Source of the DNA: an uncultured Poribacteria bacterium
Lineage (GTDB): Bacteria; Poribacteria; WGA-4E; WGA-3G
Direction of reading: 5' to 3'
Assembly: GCA_958295855.1 (NCBI GenBank)
Contig: OY282383.1
Span: 1,404,481 to 1,468,480 of the forward strand
Length of the DNA stretch: 64,000 nucleotides
In this document: positions 39,376 to 50,540 of the stretch, one piece after another
Layout of the letters: each line of letters starts with the position of its first letter
Position numbering within the stretch: the stretch's first letter is position 1
Translations under genes and position numbers: made by a program
The notes under the pieces: generated by a model
Told to the model about the DNA's origin: nothing
Seen by the model: the letters and a program-made list of their open reading frames with translations, nothing else
The model's database searches: none

Positions 39376-40635
39376 ATGTTAGAGAATCTCCAGAATGCTA
39401 TTCGTCAAAACACAGCGCAAACAGATCTCCCTGAACACATTTTTGTTGAAGCGATAGAAGCTGCTTTGCGTGCTGCTGCGCGTCGAGTTTACGGTGCCGA
39501 AGCTGACATTTCTGTGGAGATTAACCTGGATAAGGGGGAGATACGCTGCTACGTCCCTAAAACGGTTGTTAATATTATGCGCGATTTTTCCACAGAAATT
39601 CCGATTGAGGAAGCTGTGAAACTCCAAGCTGATGTGGAACTTGGGCAGGTACTTAAGGTTGAGATTAACCCGACTGAGTTTGGACGGATTCCAGCGCAAT
39701 TAGCCAAGCAAATCCTTTTCCAAAAAATAAAGCAGGCGGAACGGGAAAAGATCTATCAGGAATTTGAGGGGCGTGAAGGTGAAGTTATCGCTGGCCACGT
39801 TCAACGGTTTGAACGCGGCGGCATCATCCTTGACCTTGAACAAACAGAAGCCTTTTTGCCGCCTCGAGAGATGCCACGTTCTCAAAACTATGAACGCGGC
39901 AAACGTTTGCAATGCTTGATTTTAGAAGTGAAAAACGAAACGCGGGGTGCCCCAATTATCGTCTCACGCACGCATCCCGACCTTGTCGCAATGCTGTTTG
40001 AGCAAGAGGTACCCGAAATTTATGAGGGACAGGTGCGAATTGTGGCAGTCGCACGCGATCCGGGGAACCGCGCGAAGGTTGCGGTTACGGCAACCGAGGA
40101 AGGCATAGATGCTGTCGGTACATGTGTGGGAGTCAAGGGCATTCGGGTCCAGACTATTGTCAGCGAACTAGATGATGAAAAAATAGATCTGCTTGAATGG
40201 AGTGGCGACGCAAATGTCTTTATTGTCAATGCTTTACGCCCTTTGGATCCTGCCTTTGTCCGGAGAGTTGAACTGAATGAGGAAGAGAAAAGTGCGCGTG
40301 TCATTGTAGCGGACGATCAACTCTCATTGGCAATTGGGCGCCGCGGACAGAATGCGCGCCTCGCTGCAAAATTGACAGGTTGGAAGGTTGACATAAAAAG
40401 TGAATCCGAGGCAACTGTTTCAATTAATGAACTTTTTAAACCGGTAGCCCCTGAACCAAAGGATGAAGACGATGCGGCTTCAGCGGAGATAGAAGGGCCT
40501 GGTGAGATAGCGGAGAATACAGAGGTAAGCTCTCCTACCACTATTGTTGAAACCACAGATTCTGCCGGTGAATCTGAATCGCTTCCTGAGGCTGAATGGA
40601 ACCAGAGTGCTAATGAGGAATCGGATCGGAAATAG
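39376..40635 (+). CDS. nusA: transcription termination/antitermination factor NusA (with acidic C-terminal tail)
   Basis: S1 and KH domains (GQNARLAAKLTGWKVDIKSE). Synteny with infB. Confidence 0.85.
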   Translation: MLENLQNAIRQNTAQTDLPEHIFVEAIEAALRAAARRVYGAEADISVEINLDKGEIRCYVPKTVVNIMRDFSTEIPIEEAVKLQADVELGQVLKVEINPTEFGRIPAQLAKQILFQKIKQAEREKIYQEFEGREGEVIAGHVQRFERGGIILDLEQTEAFLPPREMPRSQNYERGKRLQCLILEVKNETRGAPIIVSRTHPDLVAMLFEQEVPEIYEGQVRIVAVARDPGNRAKVAVTATEEGIDAVGTCVGVKGIRVQTIVSELDDEKIDLLEWSGDANVFIVNALRPLDPAFVRRVELNEEEKSARVIVADDQLSLAIGRRGQNARLAAKLTGWKVDIKSESEATVSINELFKPVAPEPKDEDDAASAEIEGPGEIAENTEVSSPTTIVETTDSAGESESLPEAEWNQSANEESDRK

Positions 40636-40846
40636 TTTTTAGTTGGCAGGATTGACACGAGAGCCCGCTTGAATGAAACTTAATAATTTCATTCGGTACT
40701 GTAAGGGCAGATAGGTAGGAGGGGTTTGTAACCCCGGTTTCCTGCCCAGTGTAGGAGCGGATATGCGGGAGGGGTTTGTAACCCCGATTTCCCCAAATAT
40801 TTCTTTAAACTTCATAAAAATGGGCCTCCCGAGGTTGAAATTGTTG

Positions 40847-41170
40847 ATGGATGTTATTCGCACTTGTATTGGGTGCCGTGGTAAATTTCCGCAGAAAACG
40901 CTGCTCCGATTTACGTGTCACAGGAAAGGAACGTTGCAGGTGGATGTAGAAAAGAAGTTAACCGGGCGAGGGGCTTACGTCTGCCGTGCTGAAGCCTGCA
41001 TTCGGAAGGCGTTTAAGGCTCCAAACCGGATTAATTCTTTGCTACGTGTGCAATTGTCGAGAGCGGTTATCGTGCAATTTGAAAAGACACTTCTTGAATG
41101 GACAGAAAAATTGTCCCCCGGTGTTGCTCTCCCAGAAGGAAAAAGGAGGAATCGCAATGAAGACATCTGA
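40847..41170 (+). CDS. ylxR: YlxR/DUF448 family RNA-binding protein
   Basis: RTCIGCRGKFPQKTLLRF...GRGAYVC motif. Located between nusA and infB. Confidence 0.7.
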   Translation: MDVIRTCIGCRGKFPQKTLLRFTCHRKGTLQVDVEKKLTGRGAYVCRAEACIRKAFKAPNRINSLLRVQLSRAVIVQFEKTLLEWTEKLSPGVALPEGKRRNRNEDI

Positions 41171-43196
41171 GCCGCAAAGGCAGAAGCTTGCCAAAGCCAA
41201 TCGTGGGGAAAATCAATCCGCAAGTACGCGGGTTTATGAATTGGCAAAGCAATGCAATCTAACTAGCAAGGCACTTATCAAAGTATTGGAGACTCATGGT
41301 GTTCGTGTTAAAAACCACATGAGTACGCTCGACCCAGAAACCGTTGCGCTTGTAGAATCTGAGTTGGCAGCCAACCTTTCTGAGGAAACTTTCGTTCCAC
41401 CGAACAAGCCTATTGTGGGTGACTCTGATGCGCAGGCGGCTACAAGGAATGGTTTGCAAATCAAAGAGGGCACAACTGTTTCGGTGCTTGCCTCATCGCT
41501 CAATTTGCAGCCTACTGCGTTGATTATACGGCTGATGAAGTTAAAGGTGATAGCTAATATTAATCAACCTTTGGATTACGATACACTTGTGATGGTTGGG
41601 CGGCACTTAAATTTTGAAGCAGTGAAAAAGCGGACCCTGGAAGAGGAGTTGTTAGCCGATACCCCGGATGCTCCGGAATCACTACAACCGCGTGCCCCTG
41701 TAATCACAATTATGGGACACGTAGATCACGGCAAAACCTCTCTTTTAGACTCTATTCGTCAATCAAATATCAGCGAAACTGAGGCAGGTAATATCACACA
41801 ACATATTGGTGCTTACCATGTGAAGTTAGAGACCGGGAGCATCGTTTTCTTAGATACGCCAGGACACGCGGCGTTCACAGCAATGCGGGCGCGGGGTGCC
41901 CAGGTAACGGATATTGTGGTGCTGATTGTGGCGGCAAACGACGGTGTGATGCCACAGACGATAGAGGCGATTAATCACGCAAAAGCGGCGCAAGTTCCTA
42001 TTGTTGTTGCTGTCAACAAAATTGATGTCGCTGGCGCGCGCCCTGATTATGTTAGACAACAATTGGCGGAACATGATCTTGTTCCAGAGGAATGGGGCGG
42101 TCAAACAATTTGCGTCGAAACCTCTGCAACAGAGGGGACAGGCATCGACTTTTTGCTGGAGATGCTGCTCCTTGAGTCCGCACTTCTTGAACTCAAGGCG
42201 AATCCGGCTAAGCCCGCACGGGGTGTTGTGATCGAAGCGCAGGTGGACAAGGGGCGCGGGCCTGTTGCTACCGTTCTCGTCCAGGCGGGAACGTTGCGGG
42301 TTGGGGATGTATTCGTTTCAGGAAGGTACTCTGGAAGAGTGAAAGCAATGATGGACGATTTAGGGAAACGGATGCGTGAAGCGGGGCCTTCCATCCCTAT
42401 TGAGGTACTCGGTTTTACAGGTGTACCAGAAGCCGGGGACAAGTTTTACGTTGTTGAATCGGATAAGGATGCACGAACTATCAGCGAAGCTCGGCAGGAC
42501 CGGTATCGCACTGCACAACTTGGGTCGAACAGCCGCGTCAGTTTGGATTCTCTTTCCCAACGGATTCAAGAAGGTGACATTAAAGAATTGAATGTTGTGC
42601 TTAAAGGCGATGTGCAAGGCTCTGTGCAAGCTGTCACCGAGTCGCTGCTCAAACTAAGTACCGATGAGGTTAAAATCAATATCATCCACCAAGCAGTCGG
42701 TGGTATCACCGAAACCGACATTTTGCTGGCTTCTGCCTCGGATGCTATTGTGGTGGGTTTCAATGTTCACCCGACAACAGAAGCAGTTCAATCGAAGGAG
42801 GCTGAGGGGATTGATGTGCGGACATATAACATTATCTATAACCTCATCTCGGATGTCCGGTCTGCTATGGAAGGTTTGCTTGAGCCTGAGGTACGAGAAG
42901 TCGTCATCGGGCGTGCAGTGGTGAGGGAGTTGTTCAAAGTGCCGCGGCTAGGGTTAGTTGCTGGAAGTTATGTCAACTGGGGACGGATTTCGTATAACCA
43001 ACCCCTTCGCGTGCTTCGCGACAATCGGTTGATTCATGAAGGCAAGGTGAATTCGCTTCGCCGCTTCAAGGACAGTGTGAACGAGGTGCAAGCAAACTAT
43101 GAGTGCGGCGTAGGAATTGAAACGTTTGATGACCTGAGGGTGGGCGATGTTCTTGAATGTTATGTCCACGAGCATATAGCACGATCGCTCTCGTAG
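41157..43196 (+). CDS. infB: translation initiation factor IF-2
   Basis: G domain [17 protein letters not shown] and NKID. A strong AAAAGGAGGA RBS lies at 41141-41150. Confidence 0.9.
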   Translation: MKTSEPQRQKLAKANRGENQSASTRVYELAKQCNLTSKALIKVLETHGVRVKNHMSTLDPETVALVESELAANLSEETFVPPNKPIVGDSDAQAATRNGLQIKEGTTVSVLASSLNLQPTALIIRLMKLKVIANINQPLDYDTLVMVGRHLNFEAVKKRTLEEELLADTPDAPESLQPRAPVITIMGHVDHGKTSLLDSIRQSNISETEAGNITQHIGAYHVKLETGSIVFLDTPGHAAFTAMRARGAQVTDIVVLIVAANDGVMPQTIEAINHAKAAQVPIVVAVNKIDVAGARPDYVRQQLAEHDLVPEEWGGQTICVETSATEGTGIDFLLEMLLLESALLELKANPAKPARGVVIEAQVDKGRGPVATVLVQAGTLRVGDVFVSGRYSGRVKAMMDDLGKRMREAGPSIPIEVLGFTGVPEAGDKFYVVESDKDARTISEARQDRYRTAQLGSNSRVSLDSLSQRIQEGDIKELNVVLKGDVQGSVQAVTESLLKLSTDEVKINIIHQAVGGITETDILLASASDAIVVGFNVHPTTEAVQSKEAEGIDVRTYNIIYNLISDVRSAMEGLLEPEVREVVIGRAVVRELFKVPRLGLVAGSYVNWGRISYNQPLRVLRDNRLIHEGKVNSLRRFKDSVNEVQANYECGVGIETFDDLRVGDVLECYVHEHIARSLS

Positions 43197-43251
43197 ACAA
43201 CGTGTGGAAAAACTGAGTTCCCAGGGGTGAGCCCACACAACACAGATTACC

Positions 43252-43536
43252 ATGCACATCGGTGTTTGTAAAATTTGGCTCCACATTCCAGAGAGCCACT
43301 CGCTGAAGACGAAACGCCGGGTTATCAAAAGTCTTATCGCCCGGCTCAAAAATCGATTTAATATAGCTGTTGCGGAAGTAGATGCGTTGGATGTGCATCA
43401 ATCTGCAGTGTTAGCGGCTGTCTCGGTTTCTAACGATACTGCGTATCTGAACAGCCTGATTTCGCGTGTTATAACTTTTATTGAGACGAATGCTGGTGCT
43501 GAATTGGTGGATTACGAAACCGAATTTTTCTTTTGA
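43252..43536 (+). CDS. DUF503 (YlxP-like) family protein
   Basis: About 95 aa, in its conserved position after infB. Carries an LHIPESHSLKTKR motif. Confidence 0.65.
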   Translation: MHIGVCKIWLHIPESHSLKTKRRVIKSLIARLKNRFNIAVAEVDALDVHQSAVLAAVSVSNDTAYLNSLISRVITFIETNAGAELVDYETEFFF

Positions 43537-43580
43537 TAACCGCTTGAGCGTATAGGTTTACGGTAAACGGAAGGAGCAAC

Positions 43581-43997
43581 ATGGTAGACAATAGAAGGCA
43601 AGATCGGGTAGGGACCCTCATCCAGAGAGAGTTAAGTGAGCTTATCCAACGTTCTGTCAAAGACCCGCGCGTTGAATTTTGTACTGTCACCCAAGCGGAG
43701 GTTTCATCGGATCTGAAATATGTAGATGTGAAGGTGAGTGTTATTGGTGACGAGGCACAGAAGGATAACACGCTCGCTGGCCTGAAAAGTGCCGCAGGGT
43801 TTTTGAGGCGAGAAATCGGCCGTCGCTTAACGCTCCGCTATTCCCCAGAACTCCGGTTCACCTTGGATGAATCTGTGGACTACCTCATGAAAATAGATGG
43901 GCTCCTGAAATCTATTGAGGCTGAAGACGAAACGCCGGAAAACCTCTCGGCTGAGCCAACGACGAGCGGAGCACAGTCCGCGCCTACAGACAGTTGA
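43581..43997 (+). CDS. rbfA: ribosome-binding factor A
   Basis: RVGTLIQRELSELIQ...DPRV...VT..EVS.DL KH-like domain. Confidence 0.8.
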   Translation: MVDNRRQDRVGTLIQRELSELIQRSVKDPRVEFCTVTQAEVSSDLKYVDVKVSVIGDEAQKDNTLAGLKSAAGFLRREIGRRLTLRYSPELRFTLDESVDYLMKIDGLLKSIEAEDETPENLSAEPTTSGAQSAPTDS

Positions 43998-43998
43998 T

Positions 43999-45003
43999 AT
44001 GCGCAACTACAGCACACTTTTAACGCTATTTGAGCAGCACCATACCTTCGCGCTTTCAACACACCTTAACCCCGACGGCGATGCAATTGGTTCGGAGATG
44101 AGCCTCTATCTCTTTCTCAAAAGATTGGGGAAGTCGGTGAAAATGTTTAATACGGATGCAGTACCGCTCAACTATAGATTTCTACCGTTTTGGGATAGCA
44201 TTCAGAACGCACAGGCTGTTGGAACGTATCGCCCGGAGGTGTTGGTTGTTTTGGACGCAAGCACACTGGAACGAATTGGCAAGACTTTGTCTAAAACGTT
44301 GCTACCGACGCACGCCCTCGTGAACATAGACCATCACGCCACAGCAGAAGCGTTTGGGGATATCAACCTGATCGTTCCTTCAGCCTCTTCCACATCAGAA
44401 ATTGTTTACAAACTCATTAAACACCATCAAACACCGATAGGCAAAGCGTGCGCCCTTTGTCTCTATACCGGACTGATGTTTGACACAGGTTGTTTTCGCT
44501 ATAGTAATGCGACAGCGGAAACGCATCGAATCGCGGCGGAATTGATTGAGATAGGGGATTTCGCCCCGGATGAAGTCTACCGAAACGTTTATGAACAGGT
44601 ACCTGTAGGCAAAATTCGCCTATTGAGTGATGTGCTCCGTACCTTGCGAGTAACGGATAATGGTAAGATAGCATCGGTGTACGCAACGCAGGCGATGTTC
44701 CGTAAAACTGGAACAACTGCTGATGCCGTAGAGGGCATTGTAAATCAGATCCAAACGGTCGCCGGGGTTGAGGTGGCACTTTGTGTGACTGAACTCAAGG
44801 ATGGAAGCGCGAAGGTAAGTCTACGGAGCCAAGGCCAAGTTGATGTTGGTAAACTCGCAGCGAAGTTCAATGGCGGCGGCCACGCCCGTGCCTCAGGTTG
44901 CCGGCTTATGATGCCGTATCCTTCAGCTATTACTGCCCTCGTTGCAAGTGCACAAGAGTGCATCCATCAAAACACAAAAACTAACAAAAGTCGGGATTGC
45001 TAG
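43999..45003 (+). CDS. nrnA: DHH-family phosphoesterase, NrnA-like bifunctional oligoribonuclease/pAp phosphatase
   Basis: HLNPDGDAIGS, DHH and GGGH motifs. Confidence 0.75.
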   Translation: MRNYSTLLTLFEQHHTFALSTHLNPDGDAIGSEMSLYLFLKRLGKSVKMFNTDAVPLNYRFLPFWDSIQNAQAVGTYRPEVLVVLDASTLERIGKTLSKTLLPTHALVNIDHHATAEAFGDINLIVPSASSTSEIVYKLIKHHQTPIGKACALCLYTGLMFDTGCFRYSNATAETHRIAAELIEIGDFAPDEVYRNVYEQVPVGKIRLLSDVLRTLRVTDNGKIASVYATQAMFRKTGTTADAVEGIVNQIQTVAGVEVALCVTELKDGSAKVSLRSQGQVDVGKLAAKFNGGGHARASGCRLMMPYPSAITALVASAQECIHQNTKTNKSRDC

Positions 45004-45099
45004 TGCTTTGCCCACCTCAAAATTGCAGGTTGGTAGTCGCACAATTTATTGCGCATGGAGAGGCACAATGGATTGTGCTATTATGAACCCATTTAAAAG

Positions 45100-46071
45100 T
45101 TGAAAATGGATATAGCCCTAGAGGGGTTGAACAACGTGGAAACTTTTTATAGCTTAGACGATGTCCCCGAATTCGGCAGGCACTCGGCAGTCACCTTTGG
45201 CGTGTTTGATGGGATTCATATTGGCCACCAATCGGTTATCAATATGCTTCTCAAGGAGGCTGCGCAAAATAAGTTGATGAGCCTCCTGGTTGGTTTCTAT
45301 CCACATCCTCTGGCGTTTCTTGCCCCGGAACGCTGCCCACCTATCCTGATGCCGCTTGCCAAGCGCATCGAAATCCTTGAGCAACTTGGTATTGATAAAA
45401 CTGTCATTCTGAGTTTTGATGCGGAGATTGCCTCCATGTCACCTGAGACGTTTGTAAAGCGCGTGCTATTGGAAAAGTGTCGCGCCAAGCATGTGGTTGT
45501 TGGATATGCCTGTCAGTTTGGGAAGGACCGGGCAGGCAATGCACAAAGTTTACAGGAACTTAGCCGGTCTCGTTCGTTTCATGTCTCAATTGTTCCACCT
45601 ACAGAAATAAACGGTGCCCCTGTACATAGTACACGTATCCGCGAAGCCCTCGCGAGGGGGGATCTTCAATGGAGTTCGCAATTATTGGGGCGTCCCTATT
45701 CCCTTGTTGGCGATGTGGTTCGCGGTGACGGCAGAGGTAGACACCTCGGCTTTCCAACCGCGAATATAGAGACTCAAGATCAAATTTGTCCTCCGAATGG
45801 GGTGTACGCGATTCGCGCCAAACTGGAGGGGCGGTGGTTAGATGGCGTATTAAACATCGGAATACGTCCCACATTTAACGCGCTGAATTTTCAGGTAGAA
45901 AGTCACTTTTTTGACTTTGATGAAACTATCTATGGGAAATCGGTAGAAATCTTTTTTGTAGAGAAAATTAGGGGCGAACGGAAGTTTCCGAATCTTGAAT
46001 CTTTGATTCAACAGATACAACGGGATATCGCTGTTGCGTCTGAGATTCTGGCAGAGTCAGTTTGCATTTGA
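45100..46071 (+). CDS. ribF: bifunctional riboflavin kinase / FAD synthetase
   Basis: GVFDGIHIGHQ FAD-synthetase motif and a C-terminal riboflavin kinase (GRxLGFPTAN). Confidence 0.85.
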   Translation: MKMDIALEGLNNVETFYSLDDVPEFGRHSAVTFGVFDGIHIGHQSVINMLLKEAAQNKLMSLLVGFYPHPLAFLAPERCPPILMPLAKRIEILEQLGIDKTVILSFDAEIASMSPETFVKRVLLEKCRAKHVVVGYACQFGKDRAGNAQSLQELSRSRSFHVSIVPPTEINGAPVHSTRIREALARGDLQWSSQLLGRPYSLVGDVVRGDGRGRHLGFPTANIETQDQICPPNGVYAIRAKLEGRWLDGVLNIGIRPTFNALNFQVESHFFDFDETIYGKSVEIFFVEKIRGERKFPNLESLIQQIQRDIAVASEILAESVCI

Positions 46072-46226
46072 GCTAGAGAACGCGCCAGGGGTTGCGCGCC
46101 TAGAAACCCTGCGTCATCCGTGGCTTAGCCAATCATGCGCGCCTTTTATTTCTTGTGTCCAATCCCCCCACAAAACGGATAACTGCAGACCGAAAACTGA
46201 ATACCTCTAACTATCCTCAGTTTAAT

Positions 46227-46255
46227 TTGAATTTTAGGTTGATTTGTGGTATCAT
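46227..46255 (+). promoter_or_regulatory. candidate promoter TTGAAT-17-(TG)TATCAT for rpsO
   Basis: Extended -10 element tggTATCAT. An AAAGGAGG RBS lies at 46291-46298. Confidence 0.4.
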
Positions 46256-46301
46256 ATATTAATGAAAAATATGTGTTAGGCATTCAACTGAAAGGAGGTA
46301 A

Positions 46302-46598
46302 ATGCAATTGGCAATTGGTGCAGCAGAGAAGCAGGAATTAATCCAACAGTACCAGATACACGAACGGGATACCGGTTCCCCGGAGGCTCAAGTGGCCGTT
46401 TTGAATGCTCGCATTCGACAGTTAACTGAACATTTTCGGACGCACAGGAAGGACTATCATTCCCGCCATGGACTTTTCCGCTTAGTTGGCAAACAGCGTC
46501 GGTTGTTACGATATCTTTATAAGAAGGACATTACGCGCTACTATCGTTTAATTAAGGAACTCGGAATTCGTGACACTATCGGATCCAGGAGCAGTTAG
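46302..46598 (+). CDS. rpsO: 30S ribosomal protein S15
   Basis: Conserved [11 protein letters not shown] and LLRYL motifs. Confidence 0.85.
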   Translation: MQLAIGAAEKQELIQQYQIHERDTGSPEAQVAVLNARIRQLTEHFRTHRKDYHSRHGLFRLVGKQRRLLRYLYKKDITRYYRLIKELGIRDTIGSRSS

Positions 46599-46690
46599 GA
46601 GGTTTTTTGCAGCCTTCACTCTGATGATTTGAAAACGCACGGAGCGCATGAATGGTATTGTGATTTGGAAATACAGGAGTAGGATATAAA

Positions 46691-49018
46691 ATGAAAGTTG
46701 AAATGCAACTTGGGAGCGAGAAGTTATCGATTGAAACCGGAAAAATTGCTAAACAGGCAGACGGTGCTGTTTGGGTGCAATACGGTGGAACGGTTGTCTT
46801 AGTCACGGTGGTAGCCGATGATAGTGAGCATGACCTGGATTTCTTTCCCTTAACAGTAGATTATAGAGAGAGGGCTTACGCCAGTGGACGCATTCCGACA
46901 GTCTATGGCAGACGAGAGCCCCGCCCCGGAACGTCAGAACAGCTCGTCGGACGCTTAATCGACCATTGCATCCGGCCACTCTTCCCGAAGGACTTTAAGG
47001 CTGAAGTACAAGTTTTATGCAATGTGTTTTCATCGGATGGAGTTCACCCTGCGGACGTACCTGCACTCATCGGTACTTCCGCTGCGTTATCAATTTCCGA
47101 TATACCCTTTAACGGCCCAGTTGCCGCAGTCACTGTTGGTAAAATTGAAAACGAATTGATAATCAACCCGACTTACGAGGCATTACATGCCTCCGAGATG
47201 GAACTTTTCGTAAGTGGCAAGGCAGATGCGGTGATGTCGGTTGAAGGCGGCGGGCATGAAATCCCCGAAGACGAGGTCATTGACACAATTATCGCCGCAC
47301 ATGAACAGATAAAAGAAGTTATTAAGATTCAAGAGGGATTGGCCGCCGTGTGCAGTAATACGAAGCGCGACTATGCCTCCAAAAGCGTAGAGGCACACCT
47401 CAGTAGCCGTGTGCGACATCTTGCCACCTCTCGAATCCGAGAGTCCATTGGGATGGCAGATAAAAAATTACGTGAAGATTATCTCGAACAAGTGCAAGAA
47501 GAAGTCCTGTCAGAAATCCTTGAGGATGCGCCGGAGGAAACCGATCCCAATGCGACGAAAGACACGATTTCTATCCTAAGTGAAATTGAAAAAGAGGAGA
47601 TGCGCGCAGCGATTCTCACAGAAGGCAAACGCGTTGATGGACGGGGCGTAACCGACATCCGCACGATTTCTGGCGAAGCCGCTTTGCTGCCGTACACCCA
47701 CGGTTCCGCGCTCTTTAGCAGGGGGCAGACACAGGCACTCTGTGTCACAACGCTCGGTACATCTGGCGATGAAGATGTGCAACGTGGACTTGACGGTGAA
47801 GCAAGACGTTCCTTCTTCCTACACTACAATTTCCCACCCTTTAGTACCGGCGAAGTCAAGCGAATGATGGGCCCCGGGCGTCGAGAAATCGGGCACGGCG
47901 CGCTCGCACAAAAGGCACTTGAACCTGTCATTCCGGGTAAGGAGGAGTTCCACTATACCATCCGAGTTGTCTCGGAGATATTAGAATCTAACGCTTCGTC
48001 CTCGATGGCAACCGTTTGCGGCGCGACGCTGGCACTGATGGATGCCGGCGTGCCTCTTAAAAGACCTGTGGCAGGCATTGGAGTCGGTCTCATCAAAGAG
48101 GGGGAACAGGAAGTCATACTTACTGATATGCTCGGTACTGAAGATTTTCTCGGCGATATGGACTTCAAGGTAGCGGGAACTGATGAAGGTGTCACGGCTG
48201 TACAGATGGACATCAAGATTGACGGTGTGACACCGGAGTTAATGCGTCGCGCGATTCATCAGGCGAAAGATGCCCGACTTGCAGTTATTGAGCAGATGCG
48301 GGCTGTCATCGCTGAACCACGTGCCGAACTTTCACCCTACGCCCCCAGAATTTACTCGCTTCAAATCGCACAGCAGAAAATTAAGGACCTCATTGGACCG
48401 CGCGGCAAAACTGTGCAAGGGCTTCAGGAGGAAACCAACACTACCATTAACATTGAAGATGATGGCACTGTGGAAATCGCCGCAACGAGGGTTGAGGATG
48501 TTAAACGGGCTGAGGAGCAGATTCGCGCAATCACCGCTCTGCCTGAAATTGGCAAGGAGTACACTGGAAAAGTAGTGCGAACTGCCCCTTTTGGGGCGTT
48601 TGTAGAAATTTTGCCCGGGAAAGACGGACTCGTTCATATTTCACAGATGGGAGATGGCTATGTCCGCCGCGCAGAAGATGTCATGCAGGTGGGTGACGAA
48701 GTCACCGTCCGTATCCTGACTATTGATGATCAGGACCGGGTGGATCTAACCCTTGTGGCTGTTGGTGATGTTCCTGTTGAAGAAATTAAAGTTGACGCTG
48801 ACACTGATAGCGATTCCTCATCAGAGTGGAACACGCCGCGGGAACAGCGTGATACAAGCCGGGGCAACTACCGTGATTCTCGGGACTCGCGTGAATACCG
48901 CGAAAGACGCAATAGTGATACGCGGGAAAGACGCAACAACCGTTACGAACCGCGGGATAATGCTCGCGACGCTCGCAATCGTCGTTCGCCGCGCATTCCT
49001 AAAGGGCGTCCTAGATAG
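46691..49018 (+). CDS. pnp: polyribonucleotide nucleotidyltransferase (PNPase) with ~60-aa Arg/Asp-rich C-terminal tail
   Basis: Two RNase PH domains, KH and S1. The tail is REQRDTSRGNYRDSRDSREYRERRNSDTRERRNNRYEPRDNARDARNRR. Confidence 0.9.
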   Translation: MKVEMQLGSEKLSIETGKIAKQADGAVWVQYGGTVVLVTVVADDSEHDLDFFPLTVDYRERAYASGRIPTVYGRREPRPGTSEQLVGRLIDHCIRPLFPKDFKAEVQVLCNVFSSDGVHPADVPALIGTSAALSISDIPFNGPVAAVTVGKIENELIINPTYEALHASEMELFVSGKADAVMSVEGGGHEIPEDEVIDTIIAAHEQIKEVIKIQEGLAAVCSNTKRDYASKSVEAHLSSRVRHLATSRIRESIGMADKKLREDYLEQVQEEVLSEILEDAPEETDPNATKDTISILSEIEKEEMRAAILTEGKRVDGRGVTDIRTISGEAALLPYTHGSALFSRGQTQALCVTTLGTSGDEDVQRGLDGEARRSFFLHYNFPPFSTGEVKRMMGPGRREIGHGALAQKALEPVIPGKEEFHYTIRVVSEILESNASSSMATVCGATLALMDAGVPLKRPVAGIGVGLIKEGEQEVILTDMLGTEDFLGDMDFKVAGTDEGVTAVQMDIKIDGVTPELMRRAIHQAKDARLAVIEQMRAVIAEPRAELSPYAPRIYSLQIAQQKIKDLIGPRGKTVQGLQEETNTTINIEDDGTVEIAATRVEDVKRAEEQIRAITALPEIGKEYTGKVVRTAPFGAFVEILPGKDGLVHISQMGDGYVRRAEDVMQVGDEVTVRILTIDDQDRVDLTLVAVGDVPVEEIKVDADTDSDSSSEWNTPREQRDTSRGNYRDSRDSREYRERRNSDTRERRNNRYEPRDNARDARNRRSPRIPKGRPR

Positions 49019-49106
49019 TGGAAGATAGATTGTCCATCAACGTTTGAAGTCATTTTTGGCTTTTCGTAGAGGTGGATTCTTTCGTATTATTGCAGGACCG
49101 GACTCA

Positions 49107-49142
49107 AAATAGGGTAAAGGAACTCTCCTTTGCCCTATTTTC
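49107..49142 (+). terminator. candidate intrinsic terminator after pnp
   Basis: aaaatagggtaaagg-aactct-cctttgccctatttt: a 13-bp stem with one mismatch, followed by a short T-run. Confidence 0.4.
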
Positions 49143-49477
49143 ATGACTTCTTTTTCCACCTTGGATGGGAATGCCTGTTCTGTGGGTTCCAAGGTCTTGT
49201 TTAGAGAGTGCTAAAGCCCTGGGCAGTTAGATTGTGCGACATGTCGTAAACTGACGGTTTGTGCAACGGACACCGAACTCACATTTATATCAAACTCACG
49301 TTATATCAGATTAACTGGATGCGTATTGTTTTTGCTCGGCGGCAGACAGGCGGATACAGGACACCACTCTTACCAATTAAGTAATATGGGATGAAGCGGA
49401 TTTTTGAAATAGATTGTATGACGAACAACACTGGGGCTGGTAGAAATAGCGGACCCAAAAAACTGTAGGCAAATCTG

Positions 49478-49741
49478 ATGAAAGTGCGACACAATACTAC
49501 TAAACAAACCGTTCATAAAGGAGATCTGCTGGATCAGAAGTGGATGACCTATTTTTTAGTTGTTGTGCTCATTCTACTTATCGTTGTCTTCGTTGTTCTA
49601 TCGTCACCTGTCTATAAGAAATACGTTATGGAGCGCATCAAATCTGTGTTTTATGGCGGAAATCAGAAGGCACCGCGACCCCGGGCTGCGCCAGTAAAAT
49701 TTCAGATTCCCTCGCTTTCACCCGGGTTGACATTCCAGTAA
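49478..49741 (+). CDS. hypothetical small membrane protein
   Basis: Single strong TM helix (YFLVVVLILLIVVFVVL). No recognisable motif. Confidence 0.3.
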   Translation: MKVRHNTTKQTVHKGDLLDQKWMTYFLVVVLILLIVVFVVLSSPVYKKYVMERIKSVFYGGNQKAPRPRAAPVKFQIPSLSPGLTFQ

Positions 49742-49865
49742 TTAGGGGTTTTGAGCAGTCTGAACAATGGACAGGTGGTAAGCCGCTCTTGTAAATGTAA
49801 AGCAAAGTTCCTTGTTTTCCACATTATTTGGTTTTCCGCGTATACGCAAAATTTGGGAGGGTAAG

Positions 49866-50381
49866 ATGTCTAAAACGATGTTGATGTTAGGGCTACCGAT
49901 ATGGTTCAGTTTGATGTGCGGATGTGGGTATGTCTCTACCTCATCGTATCTGGAGCATATCAAAACTATCCGTGTTTCACCTGTTGAAATTCAGGATGCA
50001 GAGATGGCTTATGATAATACTTCGCAGCGGCCGTACGATGAAGTCATCCACGAGAAGTTGACCCAACGTTTCAATCGGAAATGGCGAGATGGGAACGATT
50101 CCCAATTTACGATGCGGATACAGGATTACGATATAAGGGGGCACGGGTTCGGACCTAATGGCGAAGTTGAACTCGTGCGGATGGCTCTACAGGTTGAGTA
50201 TGAATTTCTAGATCGGGTTCGCAACAATATGATTGCTCAAACGGATACCCATGTCCAGATTCATGATTTCTACGTCGTGCCAAACCGAGGCGAACCGGTG
50301 GAAACCCCGGATCAGGCCAAAAGTCTGCTGATAGACGAGCTGATAGAAGACCTTTACAACGAACTTGCTGAACAGTGGTAA
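49866..50381 (+). CDS. hypothetical signal-peptide/lipoprotein
   Basis: N-terminal hydrophobic segment ending in CGCG. No clear family. Confidence 0.4.
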   Translation: MSKTMLMLGLPIWFSLMCGCGYVSTSSYLEHIKTIRVSPVEIQDAEMAYDNTSQRPYDEVIHEKLTQRFNRKWRDGNDSQFTMRIQDYDIRGHGFGPNGEVELVRMALQVEYEFLDRVRNNMIAQTDTHVQIHDFYVVPNRGEPVETPDQAKSLLIDELIEDLYNELAEQW

Positions 50382-50436
50382 AGGCTTTTTGCGAGTGTCA
50401 TCCCAAGGACGTATTGCGCGTGTGGATGCACGGGGA

Positions 50437-50506
50437 AGGGCAGGCACAAGGCACTGCCCCTCCTACGAACCCGCTGAAATGCACGGCGCATAAGTAAGAA
50501 ATAAAA
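50437..50506. repeat. B repeat + partial E element
   Basis: gggcaggcacaaggcactgcccc ... gcgcataagtaagaaataaaaaaa. Confidence 0.7.
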
Positions 50507-50540
50507 AAAGGACAAAGCACTAGGTTTTCTGATTATAGCT

